Shown here: piece by piece, positions 19,182 to 29,050 of the stretch
Numbering within the stretch: position 1 is the stretch's first letter
Layout: every line of letters begins with the position of its first letter
Sequence record: NC_048170.1
Strand: one strand, 5' to 3'
Origin: Escherichia phage vB_EcoM_Goslar
Length of the DNA stretch: 64,000 bases
Position numbers and translations under genes: made by a program
The notes under the pieces: model-generated
Seen by the model: the letters and a program-made list of their open reading frames with translations, nothing else
What the model was told of the DNA's origin: nothing
Databases searched by the model: none

Positions 19182-19787
19182 TTAACGACCCCGTTGCTGT
19201 TGTTGAATGATGAATTCTTCGATCTTCGTACCACGGAATTCGCTGTGACGAACTGCTTGCAGTTGCTCTTCAACGGTTGGGCCTGCATTGAGACCACCAC
19301 GACGTGCGCGGTTGATGCCGATTTTACGGCGCTGGCCGATTTCACGCAAACGTGAAGATAATCCGCTCATTTCGGTTGGGTCTTTAATACGACCGCGTGC
19401 AACGTTCCACAGACCGCCCATGAACTCTTCGAGAATACGGCTGGCTTCGAGAGACGGTACGCGCGCGTTGGGATCGTTTTCAAGATTGTATTTAACGTAT
19501 TCCGTGTGTTCCAGAAGAAGCATGAACATCTTCATGGCGTTCACGTCGGGATTTGCAATACGCATAGGAACACCACGAGAATGTTTTTCAGCGGCCTGCG
19601 GTACGGTAAGCTGTGCGGGCACCTCTTCGTTCATGGCCATATCGTCGATTTCTGCAACCCCTGAAGAGTAGACGCCGCTGACCTCATTGGTGTAGTTATC
19701 CACCATGAATTTACGGGGAATCCAGAATTCGAATTTACGTTCAAATAGACGTTTGGTTGGGGTATCTTTAACGTGTTGTAGACTCAT
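19182..19787 (-). CDS. hypothetical protein (201 aa)
   Basis: ORF track; ATG; start overlaps upstream stop by 4 nt. Confidence 0.75.
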   Translation of the reverse strand: MSLQHVKDTPTKRLFERKFEFWIPRKFMVDNYTNEVSGVYSSGVAEIDDMAMNEEVPAQLTVPQAAEKHSRGVPMRIANPDVNAMKMFMLLLEHTEYVKYNLENDPNARVPSLEASRILEEFMGGLWNVARGRIKDPTEMSGLSSRLREIGQRRKIGINRARRGGLNAGPTVEEQLQAVRHSEFRGTKIEEFIIQQQQRGR

Positions 19788-21100
19788 GGTTCAATAGCTC
19801 CTGCTCGTAACAGCATAATAACGAACGGTGTGAAATAATAACGATCTAGCGGAGAAAGCAACGGTATTGCGTCGACCATCTGTTTCAGTGCTGGATGACT
19901 GATTGCTTTCTCGTCGACCATATCACGTACCATACTCTCAATGATCGTCATTGGGGCTTGGTTGCGATAGAAAGCCTCTGTGAAAACATAGTACGGATCG
20001 TCCGCTACCGATGGAAACAACGGAACGCCGTCATACTCCATCGATGTAAGGTTGGTCACCAACGGATTTGTCGGTGGTGTGTTTTCAGGTACAGCCAACT
20101 CTTTACCGACGTCTTCACCGAGCGACGTGGTCGCAGGCCACATACAGAACCGCGCACCACTAAAACGAATCCCGCCTGCAGCCGGGTATTGATAGAAACG
20201 CTTTGTTGACAACAGTGTGAATTTCACCGTCAACCGCGCCTCGTCTTCCCGACGTCCATCCATGACCCATTCAAAGACAGAAATCGCATTCGCTTCCTGG
20301 TTATCGTCTACGTTAAGGCGTCCAAAGTTCCATGATGGCTTTCCTTCAAGCGACGACCATAATTTCGTAAACGCGTTAACGCACCAGGGATCGTAGGTTG
20401 CAGCATCTTGACCAGGAACAAGCAGTGTGTTGAGTTCACGGCTGTAGAATTCATGGTAATACGCGTGACAAAGCCCCAGCGCACGACGGAGATAATCATA
20501 CTTACGATTGTATTTCTCCGTTGCCATTACGGGATGTTTTCCGTGCTTTAACTGGTCTTGGTCGTACAGTGTATCCTCAACGATTTTCGCTTCCAGTTCG
20601 ATAAGCTGTTTTTCGTCAAGAATACGTTGGAAGGAAATATCACATTCGTAAGCCGGTGCTAAGCTGATGTTCTTCGGCGTGATTCGGGTGATTGTGTACA
20701 CCGCGATACGATGATCGAGACCGGAGATTAACAGCATGTTACCTAAAAGAGGAACCGATACCGCCGGAAGTATACACGTACCCTCTGATTGAAAACGCGC
20801 AGTACCGTTGTCGTACGATGGCGTCAATGACGACATTAACTTGATAGGGTAATGTCTGATGCGACGGTACTGCTGTTCAGCGATGTCACGGTTAGCTTGA
20901 AAACTGCTTTGTTCATCATCGCGACCGAGAATCTGTTCGTAATAATCGCATTCTACGGAATAACCGGATGCGTAATTCACTAACCCGATTTGACTATTGT
21001 ATTGCTCATCCACCACCGCAGAACGATAAACATCGTCGCGAGCCTTCGCGGGTTGTTGGGGGTTGATGTTGGGTTTCGCGGGCTTCTTAGCGAGCGCCAT
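19784..21100 (-). CDS. hypothetical virion protein (438 aa)
   Basis: ORF track; ATG with AGGAG 9 nt upstream. Confidence 0.8.
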   Translation of the reverse strand: MALAKKPAKPNINPQQPAKARDDVYRSAVVDEQYNSQIGLVNYASGYSVECDYYEQILGRDDEQSSFQANRDIAEQQYRRIRHYPIKLMSSLTPSYDNGTARFQSEGTCILPAVSVPLLGNMLLISGLDHRIAVYTITRITPKNISLAPAYECDISFQRILDEKQLIELEAKIVEDTLYDQDQLKHGKHPVMATEKYNRKYDYLRRALGLCHAYYHEFYSRELNTLLVPGQDAATYDPWCVNAFTKLWSSLEGKPSWNFGRLNVDDNQEANAISVFEWVMDGRREDEARLTVKFTLLSTKRFYQYPAAGGIRFSGARFCMWPATTSLGEDVGKELAVPENTPPTNPLVTNLTSMEYDGVPLFPSVADDPYYVFTEAFYRNQAPMTIIESMVRDMVDEKAISHPALKQMVDAIPLLSPLDRYYFTPFVIMLLRAGAIEP

Positions 21101-22652
21101 AGCGTTTTACTCCTACGATGGTACCGACAAGAATTCTCGGTACGAATAAACTACGATGTTTGAACCATGAAGCTGTTGTTGGGATACGTTTGATGGCTTC
21201 GATAAGCCCGATTAGCGTATAGCACCCCCGACTGTTCTTCTTAGGCCAGTACTTTTTATCTAGACCTAATACTGCAAACAGTTCATCCACCAGATTGGGA
21301 TAACAACACAACGCTTCAAGTGTTTCAACCTGTAACTGACTTAAATCTAACAGTATCGCTAGACGAACGTGGTAATCACTCCGTAAGTCTAACGGATCTT
21401 TCGCTTCAAGATCGCCAACGTCGGTTAATGTCCACGCGTCTCTTGCGTAGCGGTATTTGCCCTTCCAAACCTCAAGGAAAAAAGGAGACTGGTAATGACA
21501 TTTTGACCATTCCGGGTACTCGCGGAACCATCGAACAAGATCGGGATGGAATTCACCTTCTTCGGCTAACGAGTCCAACGTCACCAATAGGTTAGGTTGT
21601 TCGGGATCGATAGCAAGCAGCGCGGTGAAAAGCGTGCTTGATGGAAGCTCGGTTTCCACGCTCGATGGAGGCAACCATTCATCCAAATCGGGATACCGAT
21701 ACGCTTGAATCGACGCACCCTGCTCGGGCAAGAACGAATCACGAAGAATGTCCTGATACTGCACCACCATACCACCACGACGCGCACGGGATTTATCGCG
21801 CACCGAGAGGCTCGGTTTGTATAGGTACTCTTCGGGGAGTATCTGTTGGTGTACTTGAACCGGATACCGTGCTACGATGTGTGTTGGTGTGTCGTACGTG
21901 TAACGGTAAGAGAAGGTTGCGTTGTATGAAGAACTGTTCTCATTCTTCTCGGGTTTCGGAGCGTCGGTGAAATCAAATTGACCAGAGATCTCTTCTTGCA
22001 TTTCCCTGATAACCAATTTAACGCTCTTACCGTCACCTGCAACCGTCGTCATGGTGGTTGCACGGTTGTCGAACCCGTCTCTAAGATACTCACTGAATTT
22101 ATCCCCATAACCCGCGACAGCCTCTCGGTGGGTGTGGATAACTTTTAACAACATGAGAAACTGTGTAGGGATCGCATAGCTGTATTCGGCACTGAGAAAC
22201 GCGGCAACATGCTGACTTGTGAGCAAGCGTTTCATGTCGTACCACCAACGTTCGGCGGTGACCTGATCCTCGAACCGTTTGGTGATCTGCATGGTCGCAA
22301 CCATCGTACTGTAAACAGGTACTAGCGATACGCCAAGGTTACGGTCTTCAAATACTGGAAGACTGTTTCGTTTGTAAACGGTATCGTACATGGACGCCTG
22401 TTCTTCAGGGACAATGTTAAGCTCAATTTGGATGAACCCGTCAGCAGGCCCTTTTACATCCTGATCAACAACTTGCGGCGGTTGCTCGTTCGCAGCGCTC
22501 ATTTTAGCGTGAAGCGCTTCCCCTCGAAAAAGAATGTTCTCCCGATTATAATCCCACCCGCAAAGCTCGCTGATCTGCCGTAACACCGCGATTGCAACCG
22601 GACGTGTTACCGTCGCGTATACGTCATTGATTTTTCGATCAAGTTTAGGCAT
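21087..22652 (-). CDS. hypothetical virion protein (about 521 aa)
   Basis: ORF track frame; track start 22679 is GTG; ATG at 22652 has GAGGA upstream and overlaps upstream stop by 8 nt. Confidence 0.75.
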   Translation of the reverse strand: MPKLDRKINDVYATVTRPVAIAVLRQISELCGWDYNRENILFRGEALHAKMSAANEQPPQVVDQDVKGPADGFIQIELNIVPEEQASMYDTVYKRNSLPVFEDRNLGVSLVPVYSTMVATMQITKRFEDQVTAERWWYDMKRLLTSQHVAAFLSAEYSYAIPTQFLMLLKVIHTHREAVAGYGDKFSEYLRDGFDNRATTMTTVAGDGKSVKLVIREMQEEISGQFDFTDAPKPEKNENSSSYNATFSYRYTYDTPTHIVARYPVQVHQQILPEEYLYKPSLSVRDKSRARRGGMVVQYQDILRDSFLPEQGASIQAYRYPDLDEWLPPSSVETELPSSTLFTALLAIDPEQPNLLVTLDSLAEEGEFHPDLVRWFREYPEWSKCHYQSPFFLEVWKGKYRYARDAWTLTDVGDLEAKDPLDLRSDYHVRLAILLDLSQLQVETLEALCCYPNLVDELFAVLGLDKKYWPKKNSRGCYTLIGLIEAIKRIPTTASWFKHRSLFVPRILVGTIVGVKRYGAR

Positions 22653-23028
22653 CGATGTCGTCCTCGCTAATTTCCTCACCTCCTTGTTGTCGATATCCGG
22701 TATAATGAATCAGACTGCTCTGTAGAAGCTCTTTAACGAGCCCTAGACGCGTTTTATCTGTTTCATTGGACGTTTCCATTAATGTTTCTATTTCGTTGTT
22801 TAAAACAGCGTATAGCGCTTCTAACGGCAATCCTTGGATGATTGGTTTGTTGGTACCTTCCGGTAGTGCCGCAACAGGAATCTGCACGACGGTTTCATGT
22901 GAGGTATGTGGGTTGATACGGCAAATATACATACCGGGTACTGAATGTCGCGGGCACGCCGCTACCAAGCATGTCTGTTGCTGCGCACCGTTAAGTGCGA
23001 GTGAAAGAAATTTTGCTTCACGTGTCAT
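22645..23028 (-). CDS. hypothetical protein (127 aa)
   Basis: ORF track; ATG start. Confidence 0.6.
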   Translation of the reverse strand: MTREAKFLSLALNGAQQQTCLVAACPRHSVPGMYICRINPHTSHETVVQIPVAALPEGTNKPIIQGLPLEALYAVLNNEIETLMETSNETDKTRLGLVKELLQSSLIHYTGYRQQGGEEISEDDIDA

Positions 23029-23080
23029 CGCAGATTCCTGTTTGAAAGATAAGATATCACATGATGGTCGACAGCATAAA

Positions 23081-23100
23081 GCCCACCCCGAAGGGCGGGC
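23081..23100. terminator. GC-rich hairpin gcccaccc-cgaa-gggcgggc flanked by gcataaa / tttatgc arms
   Basis: Inverted repeat 3' of stop of gene 23117..26494; outer arms are also reverse complements. Confidence 0.5.
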
Positions 23101-23116
23101 TGTTTATGCGTACGGA

Positions 23117-26100
23117 TTACTTGTAGGCACCGCAATGTGCTTTGATGAGGAAAAGCACCGCTTGCATCGGTTTATTGAACTGTTGCCATAACGTCAATGC
23201 AGGATGGAACAACCAATCTTCCAGGCCAAGAACAATACCGTAGTTAACGACATTATTAACATCGTTCTCAACGTTGAGTTCGCTGTCCAGGAATTTATCG
23301 ATTGAACGCAGGGTCTGCATGGCGTTGTCAGCAATAAGCCAAGCTTCATGTGCTTCACGAGCCGCACGCAGCACTGCCTCCAGTTCGCTGATAGTAGCTA
23401 CCGGTAATTCCTCACTGGTGAGGTCGTCAGAAACCGTAAACTGGCGATTGATACCGGTGTAGATCCACTGCATCAGTTTCGCTGCTTCCTCGTTCGGGTT
23501 GTTGCGCGTTGTCGCATAAGTCGCGCTCACCTTCACGATGTGCGTTTCACCAAGATACGCTTTGGACCCAACACCTTTACGATCGCTGTCTTTCCACGGT
23601 TGTACGGTAGCGACCATGAGCTTATCCCATTTCTGAATAGGAATACGCTTCAGACCAACAACCGATCCGGCGGATGTTTCGGACTGGTTGCTCTTCCGCA
23701 CTTCGCTGAGCTCACGATCGATAGCAACGATTAATTCACGCGTCATGTTACCGAGCATTTTGATTTCACCCAACGCAGCGATGAGCTTCTTCACATCGGT
23801 AACAGGTTCACCACCGATGGTAAGATGACGGATGAAACGTTTCAGAATAATCCGTTCCGCTGCTGGATTACCGCGACGCGCTTTGGCCAGCGCTTGCTGT
23901 GTTTCGGCGAACAGCTTATCCCATGGAGCCGTAGCGGCGGTATAGTAACGGTGGTTGGTTTCAATCCAGTTACCGATACGGTTGACCGCGCTCTTAACGG
24001 TATCCATGAATCCTTCCATCGCAATTTCGGTAGCTTCCACGTTACCCTGGAAGTTATCAGGACCGATCTCGCGTGCCGCTACCAGAATACCTTCCACCGC
24101 ACTCACCGCATGACGACCGATAGCCAGATTTCGCTGCGCTTCTTCAGCACGCTCAACGAATTCCACTACCGCAGGATCGTCGACGATTTCCGCCTCGGCA
24201 ACAGCACGCGTACCCGCATCACCTTCCAGCGTTTCGATGGTGACAACCGGATCGTTTTCACCGGCAACATCCTGGTACTCTTCCTGTTTGAGATCGCCGT
24301 TATCAGCCGCTGCGACAGCGGTGAGTATACGGACGGTAACATCACCGAGTTCTTTTGCAGTGAATCCGTAGACGGTGCATGCTGTTGTCGCAAAGTTCAT
24401 CAGTGTGCGTGTGCGTTTAACGATGTAGCCAACATCATAATCGCTACCGCTCTTATCGATGTCACGGATTAACCGTTCAGCTGTCTCCTGAAGTTGTGTA
24501 GCTGCTTTCAGAAGGTCTTCGTCAAACAGTTTCGTTGACGCATCGATCAGCATATCAACGCTAACGTTAGACGGTACAGCATCATCCTGCTGTTTCATGG
24601 CGCTAAGTTCGTCACGGAACTTACGAATACCGTCTAAAGCGGCGTCAGCGGTATGTCCGAACGCAGCCACGCCTGACATTGTTGTTGCCGTCAGCATGTC
24701 TGAATCTGCGTTTGGACTTTCGCCTTCTTTAAGATTCTTCAACTGGTCGAAGAACTTACGAGATGCTTCAGCGATACGTTTACTGTCTTTGACCGCGTTT
24801 ACGATCTTATCGACAGATTTAGCGTCGTTCGCGAGCAGAGTATCCAGTTTATTCCACTCAACGTCAACCTTCTTGGTATCGCTTGGTGGTGGAAGCAGTT
24901 TCATCACTGGCGTTGTACGTTGTTCTTTGGTGAGCTTATCGGCCTTCTCATCGATTTTCTTTTTACTAACACCGAAGAGTTTTCTTAGGCGTGCCACGAT
25001 TGCTTTTAAGAACTTCGCGACCGCTTCGTAAACCGATTTCAGAATCTGTTTAAAGCGACCTGGCTGCTTTTCCCCGTCTTCCAGATTGAGATCGCTATTC
25101 AGTGCGACATCAAGCTGTTTGTACGATTCCATGATGTATTCGTCTTTGATTTCAGGACGAATCTCGAAGCTTTCCATCGGACCTTCAGCCGGACGGAATT
25201 CCATTTTCAGTTCGCCTTGCAGGGTAGGGTCGATAATAGCGATAGCTTCACCCTGACCATCAGCGTTAAAGCGTTCAGCGTAACGAGTACGGCGAACAAT
25301 AACACTCTTATCCCCATCAAGACGACGTACCACCATGGTGCCAGGAATGTACGGTTGTTCTGTTTCAATGACGGTTACATCTGCTTCACCTTCGCCGAGA
25401 ATAACCGATGCGCGCTGTTCAACAACAGGAACATCTAATACGCCACGGGCTTCCAGCTCTTGACGAATTTCGAACGACTCTTGTTTCAGATCTTCATCTT
25501 CTTCGTTTTCGTCGTCTTCATCATCGTCACCTTTGGTGTTTTCATTACCCTCGGTGGTTGTGGTGTTTGTAGCAGCAGCGTCGGCGTCTGTGTTGGTAGG
25601 TTCTTCGGACGCAGGTTCGGTGGTGCCGTCCTCGGCAGGCGTTTCGTCAGCGTTATCGACGTCAACATCACCTTGCAGCTCCGTTTCTTGAGCAACTGCT
25701 TCGGCTTTCTGCTCGCCGGTATTACCATCATTAGCGTCGACAACAGGTTGTTCGTCAGCGACGGTATCTTCAACCTTTTCTACTTTCTCCACGACACGTT
25801 TAATCACGGTGACTTTGATGGGTTCTTCCGTTGTTTTGGTTTCTGGCGTCACCTCGGCTGCCGCAGCCGCTGTTTCAGCAACAGGTTCTGCTTTTTCCGG
25901 TTCGACGACATTACCTTTAACACCTTCGGTGGTTTCTGCAGGTTGCGCTGCCTGTTCGATTTGCGCCGGATTGGTTGGATCGATGGCGTTAGCCGCATCC
26001 TGAATCTTGTTCTTCAGGTTGTCGCGGTCAGCGTTAACGGTCGGGTCGTTGGTCACTTTCGGTGCCGGTGTTTCGGTCGGCGCGTTTGCCGGATACGGGT

Positions 26101-26494
26101 TCTTCGGCTCCTCGCCAGGTGCGGTCGGTACCGCGATCAGAACGAACGGCTGAACGTCGTTACCGTCTTCCATGGTTACGCCGCCGTTGCTTGGCGTGAA
26201 ACGGATTCGCAAACTACCATCGATAGGACGGGTCACAATAACAGCACGTACGACATCCTCGCCGTTTTCATCTGTGCTACGAATCACGCGAACAGCGTCA
26301 TCAACGGTAGCCCCTTCCTCGAGCGTATCTGATTCGATCGTCGCTTCGATGCTGTCTGGCCGTGCCGCTGTAGGTAATGCGATCACTTGCTCTTCTTTAT
26401 CAGTAGAAAGCGTTGCTTTGACTTCGATAGGTGTATCGCCGCTTTCCAGGTTAAGATGCGACTTACGCATCAGATCAGCTAACGATTTTTTCAT
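23117..26494 (-). CDS. large virion protein (1125 aa) with acidic low-complexity region and internal ESF-helix motif
   Basis: ORF track; ATG with AAGAGGAA upstream; E/D/T-rich segment; MESFEIRP...ESYKQLD...KFLKAIV resembles the paralog-family motif. Confidence 0.85.
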   Translation of the reverse strand: MKKSLADLMRKSHLNLESGDTPIEVKATLSTDKEEQVIALPTAARPDSIEATIESDTLEEGATVDDAVRVIRSTDENGEDVVRAVIVTRPIDGSLRIRFTPSNGGVTMEDGNDVQPFVLIAVPTAPGEEPKNPYPANAPTETPAPKVTNDPTVNADRDNLKNKIQDAANAIDPTNPAQIEQAAQPAETTEGVKGNVVEPEKAEPVAETAAAAAEVTPETKTTEEPIKVTVIKRVVEKVEKVEDTVADEQPVVDANDGNTGEQKAEAVAQETELQGDVDVDNADETPAEDGTTEPASEEPTNTDADAAATNTTTTEGNENTKGDDDEDDENEEDEDLKQESFEIRQELEARGVLDVPVVEQRASVILGEGEADVTVIETEQPYIPGTMVVRRLDGDKSVIVRRTRYAERFNADGQGEAIAIIDPTLQGELKMEFRPAEGPMESFEIRPEIKDEYIMESYKQLDVALNSDLNLEDGEKQPGRFKQILKSVYEAVAKFLKAIVARLRKLFGVSKKKIDEKADKLTKEQRTTPVMKLLPPPSDTKKVDVEWNKLDTLLANDAKSVDKIVNAVKDSKRIAEASRKFFDQLKNLKEGESPNADSDMLTATTMSGVAAFGHTADAALDGIRKFRDELSAMKQQDDAVPSNVSVDMLIDASTKLFDEDLLKAATQLQETAERLIRDIDKSGSDYDVGYIVKRTRTLMNFATTACTVYGFTAKELGDVTVRILTAVAAADNGDLKQEEYQDVAGENDPVVTIETLEGDAGTRAVAEAEIVDDPAVVEFVERAEEAQRNLAIGRHAVSAVEGILVAAREIGPDNFQGNVEATEIAMEGFMDTVKSAVNRIGNWIETNHRYYTAATAPWDKLFAETQQALAKARRGNPAAERIILKRFIRHLTIGGEPVTDVKKLIAALGEIKMLGNMTRELIVAIDRELSEVRKSNQSETSAGSVVGLKRIPIQKWDKLMVATVQPWKDSDRKGVGSKAYLGETHIVKVSATYATTRNNPNEEAAKLMQWIYTGINRQFTVSDDLTSEELPVATISELEAVLRAAREAHEAWLIADNAMQTLRSIDKFLDSELNVENDVNNVVNYGIVLGLEDWLFHPALTLWQQFNKPMQAVLFLIKAHCGAYK

Positions 26495-26509
26495 AAAGCG
26501 TTATTCCTC

Positions 26510-27616
26510 TTAAAAGTAATATTTCAGCGCCTCGCGAGAGACATCAAGCATAGCCGCTGTTGAATTCGTAAAGAACTCGGCATAGCCCACAAGCGGCACC
26601 TTGATCCACGCGGTATACGCTGTAAGGTATCGAGAAAGGGCTACCATAGCATCATCAGAAGCAGTAGTAACTGACAACTGACCTTGTTGACGATAAACGT
26701 CGTTAAGTTTTGCTTGTAGATTCCCTGCGATTTCGAGTAACTCGTTGGCGTACTTTTTACGATGGTAACTAACCAGCAAATCAACACCCGTATTTACAGA
26801 CTCGAGTAGAAGACCAACTTGTTCTAATGTTGGCATTGTAACCACCATATCCCGTTCAACGGATGGGACATCCTGGACTTCAAACCGTGCGGATTGAATG
26901 GCGAGGGACTGTTGAATTGATCCAGAACCTGAAGCGGTAACTTGATCGAGTCGTAGCATACGGTTGCCCAGTAACGTCACGTTGACGAGTTTCGATTCGT
27001 TCAGCGTACTGTAGACTTTATGCAATAACGTATACGCATCACGGTTAATCACATCGATTAATGCGGTATCCGTCTGTTTTAAGATAATGTCGAGTGCTCT
27101 ATCTAACGTATTAGCGAACTGCTTAAAATCATCACGGAACGACGAAGACAAGAGATATTCAGCGATCGCTAAATTCTGTTTGTATAACGTATTCCCGGTT
27201 GTGAAATCGAACCCAAAACTGTTCCCATACCGTAGGTGCGGAGCCAACGTCGACGAAGCTTCGAAGCTTTGCGCGATAGGTTTACGACCAACGGCTTTTG
27301 TGTAGTGACGGCGGATGTTGCTGAGTTCGAGCTGTAGTGCGCGACTACGATCGATAAACCGTGCGATAAACGCGGTAATGTTCCGCAACGTTGTCCAGAT
27401 TGCATCGATGATAGCTTTGATGATCTTCATCGCAAGTTGATCGTACGATTCCATTGTGAGGAGATCAGCACTTTCCGTGGTATAACTGGTTGATAGCATA
27501 CCACCCGCTTGCTGATAAATAAGCTGGTGAATTTGTCGTTGCGTTGCTGTCTCTGGCACAGGTAATGTTTTTAACAAGCTTAACGCTTGAATCTGTCCAT
27601 CATTGGTCTGCAGCAT
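26510..27616 (-). CDS. head/internal protein paralog (family member E)
   Basis: ORF track frame; in-frame ATG at 27616 with GAGGAA upstream, overlapping upstream stop by 17 nt; motif ESYDQLAMKIIKAIIDAIW. Confidence 0.75.
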   Translation of the reverse strand: MLQTNDGQIQALSLLKTLPVPETATQRQIHQLIYQQAGGMLSTSYTTESADLLTMESYDQLAMKIIKAIIDAIWTTLRNITAFIARFIDRSRALQLELSNIRRHYTKAVGRKPIAQSFEASSTLAPHLRYGNSFGFDFTTGNTLYKQNLAIAEYLLSSSFRDDFKQFANTLDRALDIILKQTDTALIDVINRDAYTLLHKVYSTLNESKLVNVTLLGNRMLRLDQVTASGSGSIQQSLAIQSARFEVQDVPSVERDMVVTMPTLEQVGLLLESVNTGVDLLVSYHRKKYANELLEIAGNLQAKLNDVYRQQGQLSVTTASDDAMVALSRYLTAYTAWIKVPLVGYAEFFTNSTAAMLDVSREALKYYF

Positions 27617-28901
27617 TGCTGGTTTCCTCAAGTTCGAGATGCGCGTCAAGATAATCATTAAGACCATCGATGACGTCGCAGACAGTTAACAGGAATCGGG
27701 CAAAAGCAACCGCCTGGAAGCCGACGACGTTACGCGCGATACCCACGCGTTGAACGATAGCGGATGCTGCGGTATCGTTATTGCCCATCTGTTGTAGCAA
27801 ACGTTCATACGGTTGAATCCATTCGTCCTGGTCGGCAAGGCTTGCTTCAAGACAACGTTTAAATTCCAACTGTCGTAGCGTAGACCATAACGTACTTAAT
27901 GCGTTGATGATCGCGTTGGTTCCGTCGATAACATCGTTTAACGGTAAGAAACGGAATCCGTCTTTTGCTGATTGGAAAGGTGCGGCTTCCCACACAACGC
28001 TGAACTGCGTTCCTGTTGCGTCTTCGATGTTGTGTAATTTAAGATAGGAAGCACCAACAGGAACGTCAACGACCAGATCGTCTGTTCCGGTAGGTGTTAA
28101 CGGCTTCTCGCATAACGCCTCGTTGATGGCCTCGAGAATATTCTCCCAACAGGCTTCGTTTTCCGCAGCGATACCTTCTTTGTTATCCGCTGATGGTGCT
28201 TTTAGTAGCTGCATTAATAACGGATCAAGTTGACGGTGCCATGCTGCGAGGATTCCTGTGTTCGTTACGATGTTTTCTGCGGTTTGTCGTAAATCAGCAA
28301 TACTGCTTACCGCACCGCCTTTCGGATGGAGATATCGCCAGTTGTAGGGAAAGTTCTCCCAGAATGCGTTATCTTCATCGACGTCGTATTCGGAAATAGT
28401 TTTCAACGCAGCCGCTTTCTTTAATAACGGCTTCACCTGACGAACGAATCGACGATAACAGCGATTGCAGATATCGATCGCATAGCGGTATAATTCGTTC
28501 ATGTAAAGCCATAATGCACGGGTTGCTTCTTTTGCTGTCTTGTCAAAACTTTCCATGTTCAGACTCATCCCGCTGGAAGTTTCCTCTTCCAGACCCTCGA
28601 TGATGTGGTTTGGATCCATCCCCATCCCGGCTGCTGCGGTCGATGCGATATGTTTGATGGTGTTGATATCGCGTTCCTCGACTTCAGCCATGTTTGGGAC
28701 AATATCCAGCCTGAGTTTATTTAATGTTTGAAGGTGTTGTTCACCTTCTTTCATCGCCGTGTTTGTTTCGTCGATTGAGTGAAACTGATTCTCAATATTA
28801 CTGGCATCGAGAATGTTGCCAGCGATACCGAACGATTCTACAGGTTCATCATCAATCCCTTGAAACAACGATGTCATGGGTTGTTGTAACACGTTTTCCA
28901 T
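27600..28901 (-). CDS. head/internal protein paralog (family member C, 433 aa)
   Basis: ORF track; ATG with AGGAG 7 nt upstream; acidic N-terminal region; HIASTAAAGMGM and ESF...ALWLYM motifs shared with neighbours. Confidence 0.8.
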   Translation of the reverse strand: MENVLQQPMTSLFQGIDDEPVESFGIAGNILDASNIENQFHSIDETNTAMKEGEQHLQTLNKLRLDIVPNMAEVEERDINTIKHIASTAAAGMGMDPNHIIEGLEEETSSGMSLNMESFDKTAKEATRALWLYMNELYRYAIDICNRCYRRFVRQVKPLLKKAAALKTISEYDVDEDNAFWENFPYNWRYLHPKGGAVSSIADLRQTAENIVTNTGILAAWHRQLDPLLMQLLKAPSADNKEGIAAENEACWENILEAINEALCEKPLTPTGTDDLVVDVPVGASYLKLHNIEDATGTQFSVVWEAAPFQSAKDGFRFLPLNDVIDGTNAIINALSTLWSTLRQLEFKRCLEASLADQDEWIQPYERLLQQMGNNDTAASAIVQRVGIARNVVGFQAVAFARFLLTVCDVIDGLNDYLDAHLELEETSNAADQ

Positions 28902-29008
28902 TTGGGACTCCTACGTAGGAAAATCTTGGCGGGTGATCATGTCCGCCATTTACCTTCTGAACCGTTGATTCAGAAGTCAAAAGATAACCGGATACCAACG
29001 CCATAAAA

Positions 29009-29040
29009 CCTTCCTCCAACCCGTAAGGGAAGGAGGAAGG
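29009..29040. terminator. GC-rich hairpin ccttcctcc-aa-ccc-GTAA-ggg-aa-ggaggaagg
   Basis: Perfect stems; 3' of stop of gene 29051..30340. Confidence 0.6.
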
Positions 29041-29050
29041 GATATAGTGG

